Assembly (NCBI GenBank): GCA_944358265.1
Contig: CALVQR010000002.1
Span: 1 to 60,624 of the forward strand
Length of the DNA: 60,624 nt
DNA from: an uncultured Bacilli bacterium
GTDB taxonomy: Bacteria > Bacillota_I > Bacilli_A > RF39 > UBA660
Direction of reading: 5' to 3'
Numbering within the stretch: the stretch's first letter is position 1; the number at the start of each line of letters is the position of its first letter. The notes below the pieces were generated by a model. That model made no database searches. It was not told where the DNA came from and saw only the letters and a list, made by a program, of their open reading frames with translations. The position numbers and the translations under genes are program-made. Shown here one piece after another: positions 8,282-20,131 of this stretch.

Positions 8282-9211
8282 TTATATAAATTGCAAATAC
8301 CATACTATGAAATATATACTAATCATTAACATTGATATAAAAATATATATAATTTTTTTATTTACTTTAGTCATTATAGAAATTGAAAGTAAAGTAGTTA
8401 ATAATATCCCTCCAAAAACATAAAACAAACTATATTTATCAGAATAACTATAAATATAATTATTTTTAATAAATAAATCAGATATTGCAAGAACTAAAAA
8501 ATTAAATATATTACTTCCAAGCATATTGGATATGGCCATATTAAAATTATTTAATTTAAGAAGTGCATATGTCGTAACTACTTCTGGCAAACTTGTTGTT
8601 ATTCCAAGTAACATTGCTCCTATTGAACTAGATGAAAATTTAGGATATAAACGAGATATCTTATCTGCTTGATACGCTAATAAAACACTTAAAAATATCA
8701 TTATAATGCCAGTAAATATAAATTTAATTACTATATGATTTGTTTTTTTTACTACAACATTATCTTCTTCATCTGATTTAAATACAAAATACATATATAC
8801 TAAATATAAAACAAATAAAACTATTGAAACAATATTAATTAGTATATTAACACATCCTAGTATTATAAACAAATAATCTATAAATAATATAGTGCATTCT
8901 ATCAAATATTTTTTAGAAGTATTTTTAAATATATCTAACTTAAAAAAATATATATTATAAACTGCAAGTATAAATATATTAAACATATTACTTCCAACAA
9001 TATCTCCAAAAGATAAAGTTGGATTATTTAAAACTACTGCAGAAATAGATGTTACAAACTCCGGTAAACTTGTTATAGATGCAATTAAAAGACCTCCAAC
9101 AAAAGCAGAGCCCAATTTTGATTGTTTAGATAATACATCGCCAAAATAAGATAATTTAATGCTAGTAAAAATAGTAAAAAAAGCAAGTATTAAAAAAAAT
9201 ATTCCGTCCAA
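8282..9211 (-). CDS. CaCA-family cation/Ca2+ antiporter (YrbG-like)
   Basis: Polytopic membrane protein with duplicated alpha-repeat motifs: ITSLPEFVTS / GSNMFNIF and TTSLPEVVTT / GSNIFNFL. The start codon is TTG. Confidence 0.8.
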   Translation of the reverse strand: MDGIFFLILAFFTIFTSIKLSYFGDVLSKQSKLGSAFVGGLLIASITSLPEFVTSISAVVLNNPTLSFGDIVGSNMFNIFILAVYNIYFFKLDIFKNTSKKYLIECTILFIDYLFIILGCVNILINIVSIVLFVLYLVYMYFVFKSDEEDNVVVKKTNHIVIKFIFTGIIMIFLSVLLAYQADKISRLYPKFSSSSIGAMLLGITTSLPEVVTTYALLKLNNFNMAISNMLGSNIFNFLVLAISDLFIKNNYIYSYSDKYSLFYVFGGILLTTLLSISIMTKVNKKIIYIFISMLMISIYFIVWYLQFI

Positions 9212-9261
9212 AATATCACCTTCTAAAAAATTATATTAATAAATTGGACAAAATATTTATA

Positions 9262-10494
9262 TTATTCATTTATTTGTTCATAAATTCTAAGTAATCTATT
9301 ATATTTACATACTCTATCTGTTCTAGATAGTGAACCCGTTTTTATTTGACCTAATGAAAGACCAACAGCTAAATCTGCAATAAATGTATCTTCTGTTTCA
9401 CCACTTCTATGTGAAATTATAGTTTTAAATCCAGCTTTTTTTGCCATATCAATAGTTTTAAACGCTTCAGTTACTGTACCTATTTGATTAAATTTAATAA
9501 GTATTGCATTACCTGCTTTTTCTTCTATACCTCTTTTTAATAGTTCGGCATTAGTAACAAAGAAATCATCTCCAACAAGCTGGACTTTATTTCCTATTTT
9601 CTTAGTTAATTTACTGAAACCTTCAAAATCACTTTCATTAAGTGGATCTTCAATTGAAACTATTGGATATTCATTTATTAATTTTTCATAATATTCAATT
9701 AATTCATCAGTATTCATCTTATTTCCATTTGAAAATTCATACATATTAGTATCTGGATTATAAAATTCTGAAGCTGCTACATCAATGCCTAATTTTACAT
9801 CTACTGATGGTTTATATCCTGCTTTTTTAATAGCTTCAATTATATAATCTAGTGCTTCTTCATTTGAAGATAAATTTGGAGCAAATCCTCCTTCATCTCC
9901 AACAGACGTATTATATCCTTTTTGTTTTAAAACTTTTTTTAAATTATGAAATACTTCAGCACCACATCTAATTCTCTCTTTAAAATCATTACTTTGTGGA
10001 ATAATCATAAATTCTTGGAAATCTAGCATATTATCAGCATGGGCACCACCATTTAATATATTCATCATAGGATATGGAAGTTCTTTTCCATTACATACAT
10101 ATTCATATAATTCTTTCATATCTTCATTAGCTGCTGCTTTTAGACAAGCAAGTGACACTGCAAGAATAGCATTTGCACCTAAATTACTTTTTGTTTTTGT
10201 TCCATCAAGCATAATCATCATATTATCGATTTCTTTTTGATTTTTTACATCCATACCTAATAACTCAGGAGTTATTTTTTCTTTAACATTATTTACTGCT
10301 TTTAAAACTCCCTTACCCATATATCTTTCATCATTATCTCTAAGTTCTAATGCTTCATTAGATCCAGTAGATGCTCCACTTGGAACACTTGCTCTACCAA
10401 ATGCACCGTTTTCTGTTAAAACATCTACTTCAACAGTAGGATTTCCCCTTGAATCTAATATTTCTCTTGCTTTTACTTCTATTATTTTGCTCAT
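9262..10494 (-). CDS. eno: Enolase
   Basis: [25 protein letters not shown]...SHRSGETED... is canonical enolase. Confidence 0.97.
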   Translation of the reverse strand: MSKIIEVKAREILDSRGNPTVEVDVLTENGAFGRASVPSGASTGSNEALELRDNDERYMGKGVLKAVNNVKEKITPELLGMDVKNQKEIDNMMIMLDGTKTKSNLGANAILAVSLACLKAAANEDMKELYEYVCNGKELPYPMMNILNGGAHADNMLDFQEFMIIPQSNDFKERIRCGAEVFHNLKKVLKQKGYNTSVGDEGGFAPNLSSNEEALDYIIEAIKKAGYKPSVDVKLGIDVAASEFYNPDTNMYEFSNGNKMNTDELIEYYEKLINEYPIVSIEDPLNESDFEGFSKLTKKIGNKVQLVGDDFFVTNAELLKRGIEEKAGNAILIKFNQIGTVTEAFKTIDMAKKAGFKTIISHRSGETEDTFIADLAVGLSLGQIKTGSLSRTDRVCKYNRLLRIYEQINE

Positions 10495-10622
10495 TTAATC
10501 ATCTCCTATTTTATTATACATCAAATTTAATATAATTTAAAATATTTAAATAATTTGTTGTAAAATAAAAGTATAATAATATTGGTTAATGTGTTATAAT
10601 ATATGGTAAAGGAGTATTGTTT

Positions 10623-11885
10623 ATGGAAATAGTTCAAATAACAAAAGAAGAATTTGATGCTTTCGCAGAAAATCATCCAAATAAAAATTTTTATCAAACA
10701 TCTAGTTATGGTATGCTTATGGATAGACATTCGTTTGATGATTATTATTTGGCACTTAAAGATAATATAACCATTAAAGCTGCAACTCTTATATTAATTG
10801 ATAAAGTGTTGTTTGGATATAAATGGGGATATTGTCCAAGAGGATTTTTAATAGATTTTAACGATTCTAAATTGCTGGAAACTTTTACTAATTTATTAAA
10901 AGAATATCTTAATAAAAGAAATTTTATGTTTATAAAAATTGATCCTTATATTATATATAAATCTAGAGATAAAAATGGCAACGAAACCGGTGAAATTGAT
11001 AATTCAAATATTATAAATACACTATTAAATTTAGGATATGAACATAATGGATTTAACCTTAATTTTGAAAATATGAAACCAAGATGGAACGCTGTAATAA
11101 CAACGAATGCTGAAGAACCTTTATTTTCAAGATATAATAAAGAAATAAGAAATAAAATTAGAAAAGCAGAGAAAATGGGTATTGAAGTAATCAAAGGAAC
11201 TCCAGAAAGTGTTAAACAATTTTATTCATTAATAGATAAAAAACATTCAAGAAAATTAAATTATTATTTAGATATGATGGAGATACTTGGAAAAAAAGAT
11301 ATGTTTGAGATATATTTTTCAGTATTAAATACTGCAAGGTACATTGAAAAAAGTCAAAAAGCTTTTTCAGAAGAAGAACAAAGAAATAACGAAATAAATC
11401 AAGAATTAGAAGAAAATATTAATAGTAATAATACAACAAGTATTATAAAAAGAAAAATGGCATCTGATGCAATTTTAAATTCTTGTAAACAAAACATAAT
11501 AAATGCAACTAATTTGTATAAACAATATCCAGAAGGAGTTATAATTGGAGCAAACGCCATTATAAAATATAATAAAGAAATATTCTTCTTAATAGATGGA
11601 TATAAACAAGAATTTAAAAATTATTGTCCTAATCATTATGCTAAATTTCAAATTATTGAAAAATATAGAAAAGAAGGATACACTAGAATGCATTTAAATG
11701 GTATTTCTGGTGATTTCAAAAATAAAGATAATCCATATAGGGGATTAACAAGATTTAAACTTGGATTTGCAGCAAATATAGAAGAATATATTGGAGAATT
11801 TACACTCGTTATAAATAAAGGAAAATATAAAAGATTTAATAAACTTAATCCTATAAGAAATTGGTTAAAACAACCTATTGCATAA
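10623..11885 (+). CDS. FemAB-family peptidoglycan interpeptide-bridge aminoacyltransferase
   Basis: About 420 aa with a FemA/FemX-like N-terminus (FYQTSSYG), a central coiled-coil insertion and a C-terminal acyltransferase half. AAAGGAG lies 8 nt upstream of ATG 10623, and an extended -10 TGTTATAAT is at 10591..10599. Confidence 0.8.
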   Translation: MEIVQITKEEFDAFAENHPNKNFYQTSSYGMLMDRHSFDDYYLALKDNITIKAATLILIDKVLFGYKWGYCPRGFLIDFNDSKLLETFTNLLKEYLNKRNFMFIKIDPYIIYKSRDKNGNETGEIDNSNIINTLLNLGYEHNGFNLNFENMKPRWNAVITTNAEEPLFSRYNKEIRNKIRKAEKMGIEVIKGTPESVKQFYSLIDKKHSRKLNYYLDMMEILGKKDMFEIYFSVLNTARYIEKSQKAFSEEEQRNNEINQELEENINSNNTTSIIKRKMASDAILNSCKQNIINATNLYKQYPEGVIIGANAIIKYNKEIFFLIDGYKQEFKNYCPNHYAKFQIIEKYRKEGYTRMHLNGISGDFKNKDNPYRGLTRFKLGFAANIEEYIGEFTLVINKGKYKRFNKLNPIRNWLKQPIA

Positions 11886-11888
11886 TAA

Positions 11889-11950
11889 AACATCTCAAAA
11901 TCATGAGATGTTTTTTATTATGTAAAAAGAAAGTATTCCTACTTTCTTTT
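11889..11950. terminator. Convergent terminators for femX (+) and tuf (-)
   Basis: ACATCTCA-aaatca-TGAGATGT followed by TTTTT serves the plus strand. AAGAAAGTA-ttcc-TACTTTCTT has an A run on its left and a T run on its right, so it can serve the minus strand. Confidence 0.65.
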
Positions 11951-11954
11951 TGTA

Positions 11955-13139
11955 TTATTTATCAATTTTAGTTACTATACCAGCACCAACTGTTCTACCA
12001 CCTTCACGAATTGAGAACTTAGTTCCTTCTTCTAGTGCGATAGGAGCAATTAATTCAATGTGTAATTTAACATTGTCTCCTGGCATAACCATTTCAGTTC
12101 CTTCAGGTAATGTTACAACACCTGTAACGTCTGTAGTTCTGAAATAGAATTGTGGACGATAATTTGTGAAGAATGGAGTATGTCTTCCACCTTCTTCTTT
12201 ACTTAATACATATACTTCACATTCAAATGTAGTATGTGGAGTAACTGTACCAGGTTTAGCAAGTACTTGACCACGTTGTACTTCTTCTCTTGAAATACCA
12301 CGAAGTAAAACACCAGCATTATCTCCTGCTTCAGCATAATCTAATTGTTTTCTGAACATTTCGATACCTGTAACTACAGTTTTCTTTGTGTCATGAAGTC
12401 CAACTATTTCTACTTCATCATTAAGTTTTAATTGTCCTCTTTCAACACGTCCTGTAACAACTGTACCACGACCTGTAATTGTAAATACATCTTCAATGCT
12501 CATTAAGAATGGTTTTTCAGTATCTCTTTCAGGAGTTGGAATCCATTCATCAACTGCATTTAATAATTCATCAATTTTTTCTTGATATTTAGGATCTCCT
12601 TCAAGAGCTTTCAAAGCTGATCCAAATATAAATGGTGTATTATCTCCATCAAATCCATATTGAGTTAATAATTCTCTTACATCCATTTCTACTAATTCAA
12701 GCATTTCTGGATCATCAACCATATCACATTTATTGATGAATACTACCATTCTAGGTACACCAACTTGACCAGCAAGTAAGATGTGTTCTCTAGTTTGAGC
12801 CATAGCACCATCTGTTGCAGCTATAACAAGTATAGCACCATCCATTTGAGCCGCACCTGTAATCATGTTTTTTACATAGTCAGCGTGTCCTGGGCAGTCA
12901 ACGTGTGCATAGTGACGTTTGTCTGTTTCATATTCAACGTGTGCAGTATTGATAGTAATTCCTCTTTCTCTTTCTTCAGGAGCTTTATCGATATCTGCAT
13001 AGTCTTCGAATTTTGCGTAACCTTTTTCTGCTTGTCTTTTAGTAATAGCAGCAGTTAAAGTTGTTTTACCATGGTCTACGTGTCCAATTGTACCAATGTT
13101 AACATGTGATTTCCCACGGTTAAATTTTTCTTTTGCCAT
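11955..13139 (-). CDS. tuf: Elongation factor Tu
   Basis: [28 protein letters not shown]... The start was refined to ATG 13139 with GGAGG upstream. Confidence 0.98.
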   Translation of the reverse strand: MAKEKFNRGKSHVNIGTIGHVDHGKTTLTAAITKRQAEKGYAKFEDYADIDKAPEERERGITINTAHVEYETDKRHYAHVDCPGHADYVKNMITGAAQMDGAILVIAATDGAMAQTREHILLAGQVGVPRMVVFINKCDMVDDPEMLELVEMDVRELLTQYGFDGDNTPFIFGSALKALEGDPKYQEKIDELLNAVDEWIPTPERDTEKPFLMSIEDVFTITGRGTVVTGRVERGQLKLNDEVEIVGLHDTKKTVVTGIEMFRKQLDYAEAGDNAGVLLRGISREEVQRGQVLAKPGTVTPHTTFECEVYVLSKEEGGRHTPFFTNYRPQFYFRTTDVTGVVTLPEGTEMVMPGDNVKLHIELIAPIALEEGTKFSIREGGRTVGAGIVTKIDK

Positions 13140-13222
13140 TTTAACATTTCCTCCTTTTTTAATGTACAAAACTATTTTATCTAATTCTTGAAAAAATATC
13201 AAGTATTATTCTTATTTATATA

Positions 13223-15295
13223 CTAATTTTTACCCATTTTTTTAATGATTTCTTCAGTAATATTTTTAGGTACTTCTTCATAATGATCAAATTCCATTGT
13301 AAATTGCCCTCTACCTTGAGTATTAGATCTAAGAGATGTTACATACCCAAACATTTCTGCAAGTGGTACCATAGCATTAATAGATAAAGCATTACCTCTT
13401 GATTCTTGCCCCATTGGTTTACCTCTTCTTGAAGAAATATCTCCCATAACATTACCTAAATATTCTTCTGGAACAATTATAGTAACTTTCATTATTGGTT
13501 CTAGAAGTACAGGTTTACATTTATTTTTTGCTTCTTTTAAAGCCATTGATGCAGCAATCTTAAATGCCATTTCTGATGAGTCAACATCATGATATGATCC
13601 ATCAAATAATGTTGCCTTAACATCTATCATTGGAAATCCAGCTAAAACACCTGTTTGCATTGCCTCTTGAAGTCCCTTGTCTGTTACTGGGATATATTCT
13701 CTCGGAACTACACCACCAACAATTGCATCAACAAATTCATATCCTTTATCTGGATTTGGTTCAAACTTAATCCAAACGTGTCCATATTGTCCACGTCCAC
13801 CTGATTGTTTAATATATTTACCTTCACAATCTCCAGCTTGAGTTATTGTTTCACGATAAGATACTTGTGGTTGACCAATATTTGCTTCAACACCAAATTC
13901 TCTTTTCATTCTATCAACAATTATATCTAAGTGAAGTTCTCCCATACCTGCAATTATTGTTTGACCTGTTTCAGGATTTGTAGATGCTCTAAATGTTGGA
14001 TCTTCTTCTGCAAGTTTTTGAAGTGCAAGCCCCATTTTATCTTGATCTCCTTTTGATTTTGGTTCAACGGTAAGTTCAATAACTGGTTCTGGGAATTCCA
14101 TTGATTCTAGAATACATGGATGTTTTTCATCACAAAGTGTATCACCTGTTGTTGTATTTTTAAGTCCTACTGCTGCTGCTATATCACCTGTATAAACTTC
14201 TGATATTTCGGTTCTATTATTCGCATGCATTTGTAATATACGACCAATTCTTTCTTTTACATCTTTAGTTGCATTAAGTACATATGATCCACTTGATAAC
14301 TTACCTGAATAAACTCTAAAGAATGTTAATTTACCAACATATGGATCAGTCATAACCTTAAATGCTAAAGCTGAAAATGGTTCTGAATCAGAAGGATGTC
14401 TTTCAATTTCATTACCATCTTTATCAACACCTTTTATAGATGCAATATCTGTTGGAGCTGGCAAATAATCAATAACAGCATCAAGTAATAATTTAACTCC
14501 TTTATTACCATATGCAGTACCACACATTACTGGGAAAAATTCTGCAGCAAGAGTTCCTTTTCTTATACATGATTTTATTTCTTCAACAGTTAATTCTTCA
14601 CCTTCTAAATATTTTTCCATAATAGAATCATCAAACTCTGCAACTGAATCTATTAAATCAGCGTGTTTTTCTTCAGCTAATAATTTTAATTCTTCTGGAA
14701 TTTCTATTTCTGTTGGTTCTTCTTCTGGTTTACCATCATAATGATATGCTTTCATAGAAACAAGATCAATTATTCCTTCAAATTCATCTGCAGTACCTAT
14801 AGGCCATTCAATTGGTTTTGCATTCACACCTAAACGATCCTTAATAGATTTTAATGTATATTCAAAATCTGCACCTACTTTATCCATCTTATTTGCAAAA
14901 ATAATACGAGGTACTTTAAATTCTGAAGCTTGTCTCCAAACTGTTTCAGTTTGTGGTTCTACTCCTGCTTGCGCATCAAGTAAAGCTACTGAACCATCAA
15001 GTACGCGAAGTGATCTAGACACTTCTACTGTAAAATCTACGTGTCCTGGAGTATCAATAATATTTAATCTATATCCTTTCCAGAAAGCTGTAGTTGCAGC
15101 AGATGTAATAGTTATCCCACGTTCTTGTTCTTGTTCCATCCAGTCCATTTGAGAAGCACCATCATGTGTTTCACCTATTTTATGGATTTTATGAGTATGG
15201 AACAATATTCTTTCAGTTGTTGTTGTTTTTCCGGCATCAATGTGAGCCATAATACCAAAATTACGTGTTTTTTCTAAACTATATTCACGAGCCAT
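13223..15295 (-). CDS. fusA: Elongation factor G
   Basis: [28 protein letters not shown]... The start was refined to ATG 15295. Confidence 0.98.
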   Translation of the reverse strand: MAREYSLEKTRNFGIMAHIDAGKTTTTERILFHTHKIHKIGETHDGASQMDWMEQEQERGITITSAATTAFWKGYRLNIIDTPGHVDFTVEVSRSLRVLDGSVALLDAQAGVEPQTETVWRQASEFKVPRIIFANKMDKVGADFEYTLKSIKDRLGVNAKPIEWPIGTADEFEGIIDLVSMKAYHYDGKPEEEPTEIEIPEELKLLAEEKHADLIDSVAEFDDSIMEKYLEGEELTVEEIKSCIRKGTLAAEFFPVMCGTAYGNKGVKLLLDAVIDYLPAPTDIASIKGVDKDGNEIERHPSDSEPFSALAFKVMTDPYVGKLTFFRVYSGKLSSGSYVLNATKDVKERIGRILQMHANNRTEISEVYTGDIAAAVGLKNTTTGDTLCDEKHPCILESMEFPEPVIELTVEPKSKGDQDKMGLALQKLAEEDPTFRASTNPETGQTIIAGMGELHLDIIVDRMKREFGVEANIGQPQVSYRETITQAGDCEGKYIKQSGGRGQYGHVWIKFEPNPDKGYEFVDAIVGGVVPREYIPVTDKGLQEAMQTGVLAGFPMIDVKATLFDGSYHDVDSSEMAFKIAASMALKEAKNKCKPVLLEPIMKVTIIVPEEYLGNVMGDISSRRGKPMGQESRGNALSINAMVPLAEMFGYVTSLRSNTQGRGQFTMEFDHYEEVPKNITEEIIKKMGKN

Positions 15296-15309
15296 AATTA
15301 TATCCTTTC

Positions 15310-15777
15310 CTACCATCTATAATGAGCAAATGCTTTATTAGCTTCTGCCATTCTATGTGTATCTTCTTTTTTCTTAAATGCTGCTCCTGTTTCGTTAGAA
15401 GCATCTATTATTTCATTAGCTAATTTCTCAGCCATTGATTTTCCGCCTCTATTTCTAGTTGCGTTTACAAGCCAACGAAGTGCCAACGCTTGAGCTCTCT
15501 CTGCTCTAACTTCGACTGGAACTTGGTAGTTTGCACCACCAACTCTTCTTGATTTAACTTCAAGAGATGGAGTAATATTTTCCATTGCTTTACTAAATAG
15601 ATCCATAGGATTTTCATTTGTTCTTTCTTGAATTAAATCAAATGCATTATATACGATTTTTTGAGCTTTTCCTCTTTTACCATCAAGCATTATTTGATTG
15701 ATAAGTTTTGTTATAACTTTTGAGTTATATAAAGGATCTGCCAAAACATCTCTTTTAACTGCACGTCTTTTTCTCAT
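15310..15777 (-). CDS. rpsG: 30S ribosomal protein S7
   Basis: [20 protein letters not shown]... Confidence 0.97.
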   Translation of the reverse strand: MRKRRAVKRDVLADPLYNSKVITKLINQIMLDGKRGKAQKIVYNAFDLIQERTNENPMDLFSKAMENITPSLEVKSRRVGGANYQVPVEVRAERAQALALRWLVNATRNRGGKSMAEKLANEIIDASNETGAAFKKKEDTHRMAEANKAFAHYRW

Positions 15778-15792
15778 TATTTATCTCCTTTC

Positions 15793-16209
15793 TTATTTTT
15801 TCTTTGGTTTTTTTGCACCATATTTAGAACGACCTTGTTTTCTATCTTGAACTCCTGCTGTATCTAAAGTTCCACGAACAACGTGATAACGAACACCGAT
15901 AAGATCCTTAACACGCCCACCACGAACTAATACAACACTATGTTCTTGTAAGTTATGTCCTTCTCCTGGAATATAAGCATCTATCTCTTTACCATTACTT
16001 AGTCTTACACGAGCATATTTACGAAGAGCTGAGTTTGGTTTTTTAGGTGTCTTTGTTCCAACACGAGTACATACTCCACGTTTTTGAGGAGATGCAGTAT
16101 TTGTAGTTTTTTTAGTTAAACTATTTAATCTTACTCCTAAAACTGGCGATTTACTCTTTTTAGTTTTCTTTTGACGGTTTTTTCTTACTAATTGATTGAT
16201 TGTAGCCAT
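15793..16209 (-). CDS. rpsL: 30S ribosomal protein S12
   Basis: [15 protein letters not shown]...[10 protein letters not shown]... The start was refined to ATG 16209. Confidence 0.97.
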   Translation of the reverse strand: MATINQLVRKNRQKKTKKSKSPVLGVRLNSLTKKTTNTASPQKRGVCTRVGTKTPKKPNSALRKYARVRLSNGKEIDAYIPGEGHNLQEHSVVLVRGGRVKDLIGVRYHVVRGTLDTAGVQDRKQGRSKYGAKKPKKK

Positions 16210-16305
16210 TTTACTACTCCTTTCTTTTACACACAACCTGGTGTATCATAATTGATTTAAATTAAAGTTTTGTATAATTACAAAACTCCAATTCATCAGC
16301 ATTAC

Positions 16306-16336
16306 TAATATAACACTTTTTATCTTAAAAAGTCAA
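16306..16336 (-). promoter_or_regulatory. Candidate promoter of the rpsL-rpsG-fusA-tuf operon
   Basis: On the minus strand, TTGACT (16336..16331) is preceded by an A/T tract. It is followed at 17-19 nt by TGTTATATT (extended -10-like). Confidence 0.5.
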
Positions 16337-16384
16337 TATTTTTATGTGATTTCTTTTAATTATATTCAAAAAAAAGGATACTTA

Positions 16385-18343
16385 TTAATCCTTTTTATAA
16401 TTTTTTATTTCTTTTTCTAATTCTTCCTTATTTAATTTTGAATAACCTTTTATTCCTAATTCTTTTGCTTTTTCTTTTAATTCTTTTAAAGTACTTTCTT
16501 CTTTTACTTCTTCTTCTGGCATTTTACCATGTTCAACTAAATAATCTATTTGTTCTTTTGTTAAAGTTTCGTACTCTATTAAAGCATTAGCAATTAAATC
16601 AAGTAAATCTCTATTTTTACTTATTATTTTTTTTGTTATTTCGTATTGTTCAGAAATGATTTTTCTTACCTCTTCGTCTATCTCAAGCGCAACTGCATCT
16701 GAAAAGTTTCTACTTTTATTATAATCTCTTCCTAAGAATACACTAGATTCTTGATGTTCTAATTGAACTGGTCCAAGAGAACTCATACCATATTCAGTTA
16801 CCATTGATCTTGCTATTTTTGTAGCTCTTTCAAAATCATTATGAGCACCAGTTGTTACTTCATTAAATACAAGTTCTTCTGATACTCTTCCTCCTAAAAA
16901 ACCACTGATAGATTCTAAAAGTTCTTTTTTTGTAGACATATAAGTTTCTTCCTTTGGAAGCATCAAATTATATCCGCCAGCCATTCCTCTTGGAATTATA
17001 GTAATTTTTTGTACATCATTTGCTCCATCAAGCTTAATACCTACTACTGCATGACCTGCTTCATGATAAGCAACAACTTTTTTTTCATGCTCTGTATATT
17101 TACGAGATTTTTTAGCAGGACCTGCGATTACTCTATCTTGTGCTTCATCTATTTCAGACATAGTAATTTCATTTTTACCCCTTCTAACTGCAAGAAGAGC
17201 TGCTTCATTAAGTAAATTTTCTAAATCAGCACCAGAGAAACCTACTGTTCTTTTTGCTATATTTGATAATTTTACATCTTTAGCAAGTATTTTATCTCTT
17301 GCATGAACTTCAAGTATTTCCTCTCTTCCTTTTGCATCTGGAAGTGATACTGTAATTTGTCTATCAAAACGTCCTGGTCTTAAAAGCGCTGGATCAAGTA
17401 CATCTGGTCTGTTGGTAGCCGCTATTATTATAATGCCTTCATTTCTACCAAATCCATCCATTTCTGTAAGTAATTGATTTAATGTTTGTTCTCTTTCATC
17501 ATGTCCACCACCAAGACCTGTACCTCTTTGTCTACCAACTGCATCTATTTCATCTATAAATATTAAACATGGAGCTGTTTGTTTTGCTTGTCTAAACATA
17601 TCACGAACTCTTGATGCCCCAATACCAACAAATAATTCAACAAAATCTGATCCGCTTATAAAGTAAAATGGTGCGTTGGCCTCTCCTGCAACTGCTTTTG
17701 CAAGAAGAGTTTTACCTGTTCCTGGTTGTCCTACTAAAAGTACACCTTTTGGTATTCTAGCGCCCATCTTAGTAAATTTTTTAGGATCTTTTAAAAATTC
17801 TATTAATTCTTCTAACTCTTCTTTTTCTTCTGATAAACCTGCAACATCCTTAAATGTTACCTTATTTTTATCTTCTTGAAGTTTTGCTCTACTTTTACCA
17901 AAATCCATTGATTTATTATTATTACTTACTTGTTTGTTAAAAAACCATAATAACAACCCACCAAGTAAAATATATGGAAGTATATTAAAAATAAATTTCA
18001 TAAGAGAACTTGATGCTGGATCAGCTGATACATCTAATGTAAAATTATTTTTTTCTTGCATTTCATTAATATAATTTAGTGTATCATCGCTTAAAGGCGC
18101 AACTACATAAAAAGTTTCATTGTTATCATAACCTTCTAATTTTCCCTCAATATTGTAAGTAGATCCCTCTGAATTTGGAGATATACTTAATTCTACTACT
18201 TTGTTATCTTTTAAATTTTTCTGAAACTCTGAATATGATAATTTATTTACTTTATTACCAATACCGCTTATTAAATATACAACTAATATTATAAATAATA
18301 AAGCTATATATGGGCTTAAATTTTTTTTAACAATTTTATTCAT
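16385..18343 (-). CDS. ftsH: ATP-dependent zinc metalloprotease FtsH
   Basis: Two N-terminal TM helices, AAA+ Walker A GQPGTGKT, and the zinc site HEAGHA. The C-terminal tail carries a Rho_N/HeH-like motif. Confidence 0.96.
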   Translation of the reverse strand: MNKIVKKNLSPYIALLFIILVVYLISGIGNKVNKLSYSEFQKNLKDNKVVELSISPNSEGSTYNIEGKLEGYDNNETFYVVAPLSDDTLNYINEMQEKNNFTLDVSADPASSSLMKFIFNILPYILLGGLLLWFFNKQVSNNNKSMDFGKSRAKLQEDKNKVTFKDVAGLSEEKEELEELIEFLKDPKKFTKMGARIPKGVLLVGQPGTGKTLLAKAVAGEANAPFYFISGSDFVELFVGIGASRVRDMFRQAKQTAPCLIFIDEIDAVGRQRGTGLGGGHDEREQTLNQLLTEMDGFGRNEGIIIIAATNRPDVLDPALLRPGRFDRQITVSLPDAKGREEILEVHARDKILAKDVKLSNIAKRTVGFSGADLENLLNEAALLAVRRGKNEITMSEIDEAQDRVIAGPAKKSRKYTEHEKKVVAYHEAGHAVVGIKLDGANDVQKITIIPRGMAGGYNLMLPKEETYMSTKKELLESISGFLGGRVSEELVFNEVTTGAHNDFERATKIARSMVTEYGMSSLGPVQLEHQESSVFLGRDYNKSRNFSDAVALEIDEEVRKIISEQYEITKKIISKNRDLLDLIANALIEYETLTKEQIDYLVEHGKMPEEEVKEESTLKELKEKAKELGIKGYSKLNKEELEKEIKNYKKD

Positions 18344-19664
18344 TTTCTTCCTCCCTTGTATACCATAATATTATATCATACTTTTTATCTTTTAGACTAT
18401 TATATTTAGATTTTTTTATACCAGGAATCCAAATAATATTATCATTACTATCTACTACTATTGGATAAATATCTCTTTCAGTTTTTGGTATTTTCTCATC
18501 TATAAAAATATCTTTAACTTTCCTTTTCCCATTTAACCCTAATACCTCAATATAATCACCATTTTTTTTATTTCTAACATATAATGGTAATTTTATATTC
18601 TTACTATCTAAGTGACATACAAAATTATTAGTTAATTTAGTTTCTTTTAATTTATATATAATACCTAATGGAAATACGGTTTTATTATTACTTAATTCAA
18701 TTTTATAATCTTCATATTTAATATCATTATTAAATTCCAAAATATTATATTTTTTTATTGCTTTTATATTTAATGGTAAATCTATTTTCAAATTAGGTTT
18801 ATTAGATTTAATTATTTTAAATAATTCTTCAATATTATTATCTGTTAACAAAATAACTTTTTCTTTATATATTTTTTTCATTATTTCATTTAAGATTTTT
18901 TTTATTATAAAATCATCTTCATCGTTTATTTTATCTAAATTTAATTTATTTTTATAATAATTATTTTTTATTATATTAAATACATAATTATCTATAAAAT
19001 CATTTAATAATATTAATTCTTCACTAAATTTAAGAAATTTTCTATGAACATTTTTATTTTCTTCTTTTAATTTAGGTAAAATATATTTTCTATATCTATT
19101 TCTTGTATATTTATCACTTTCATTAGTTTTATCTTCTCTATATTCAATACCATTAACATTAGCATATTTATATATTTCATCTTTTGTTAAATAAATTAAT
19201 GGTCTTAATATGCAATAGTTACCTTTATTTACTTTCATTTTAAAACCAGAATATCCAGTAAGAGTTGATCCTCTAACTATTCTCATCAATATAGTTTCAG
19301 TTAAATCATCTCCGTGATGTGCAGTAAATAAATACTTAGCATTATATTTTTTTACAATTGATTCTAAAAAATTATATCTTCTGTTTCTAAACTCTGATTC
19401 TAAATTACCATTTATGTTTTTTTCCAAAATTGTTCCTTCAAAAATTACATTATTTTTTTTACAAAACTTCTGTATAAATTCATATTCTTCAAAACTCTCT
19501 TCTCTTAAATTGTGATTTACATGTGCACATATTATTTTTAATTTTTTATTATAATTTATTAAGATATGTAAAAGAGACATAGAGTCTACTCCCCCTGAAG
19601 TAGCACACACAACTACATCATTTTCTTTTAAATATTTATTTAAAAATCTAAATACATCATACAT
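18336..19664 (-). CDS. tilS: tRNA(Ile)-lysidine synthase
   Basis: PP-loop SGGVDS near the N-terminus, and position upstream of ftsH as in Bacillus. The start was refined to ATG 19664, after AGGTGG. Confidence 0.9.
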   Translation of the reverse strand: MYDVFRFLNKYLKENDVVVCATSGGVDSMSLLHILINYNKKLKIICAHVNHNLREESFEEYEFIQKFCKKNNVIFEGTILEKNINGNLESEFRNRRYNFLESIVKKYNAKYLFTAHHGDDLTETILMRIVRGSTLTGYSGFKMKVNKGNYCILRPLIYLTKDEIYKYANVNGIEYREDKTNESDKYTRNRYRKYILPKLKEENKNVHRKFLKFSEELILLNDFIDNYVFNIIKNNYYKNKLNLDKINDEDDFIIKKILNEIMKKIYKEKVILLTDNNIEELFKIIKSNKPNLKIDLPLNIKAIKKYNILEFNNDIKYEDYKIELSNNKTVFPLGIIYKLKETKLTNNFVCHLDSKNIKLPLYVRNKKNGDYIEVLGLNGKRKVKDIFIDEKIPKTERDIYPIVVDSNDNIIWIPGIKKSKYNSLKDKKYDIILWYTREEENE

Positions 19665-19736
19665 ATAAACCACCTAGTCAGAATTATACCATAAACTAAT
19701 AAGAATATAAATAAAAAAAGGATTTTAAAATCCTCT

Positions 19737-20072
19737 TTAATAGTAGATAGTACTTGTTGTTTCTGACATTCCAAGTGAAAAGGCAATCACAAAAGTAATT
19801 ATAAAAATTAATATATTCACGCCTACACCTACTAATGCTCCAATTCCTGCTGATTTTGATGATTTTGGTTTTTCTTGTTTCCACATAAGGAAAAGAATTA
19901 ATCCTACAATTGGGAAGAAAAATCCTAATACTCCCCACCCAAAAGTTGAACCCTCTGCAACAGATGTAGTTTGTGTTTGCACTACATTACCCTCTTGTTG
20001 AATAGAAACTCCGCACTCTGAACAAAATTGAGAATTTGGCTCTAATTTAGCGCCACATTTTGAACAAAACAT
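19737..20072 (-). CDS. Zinc-ribbon domain membrane protein
   Basis: MFCSKCGAKLEPNSQFCSECG (CxxC...CxxC) followed by two predicted TM helices. GGAGG lies upstream of ATG 20072. Confidence 0.7.
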   Translation of the reverse strand: MFCSKCGAKLEPNSQFCSECGVSIQQEGNVVQTQTTSVAEGSTFGWGVLGFFFPIVGLILFLMWKQEKPKSSKSAGIGALVGVGVNILIFIITFVIAFSLGMSETTSTIYY

Positions 20073-20131
20073 ATTTATACCTCCGTTTCTGATTTTATTA
20101 TAGCATATCAAATTAAAAAAAAGAAGAAAAA

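Noticed and set aside
10946-11893. Minus-strand ORFs 10946..11194 and 11648..11893 inside femX. Also ORFs 30877..31059 and 33096..33290 (plus strand), which overlap gene ends.
   Set aside because: They are antisense to or overlapping better-supported genes, and they have hydrophobic low-complexity products with no start signals.
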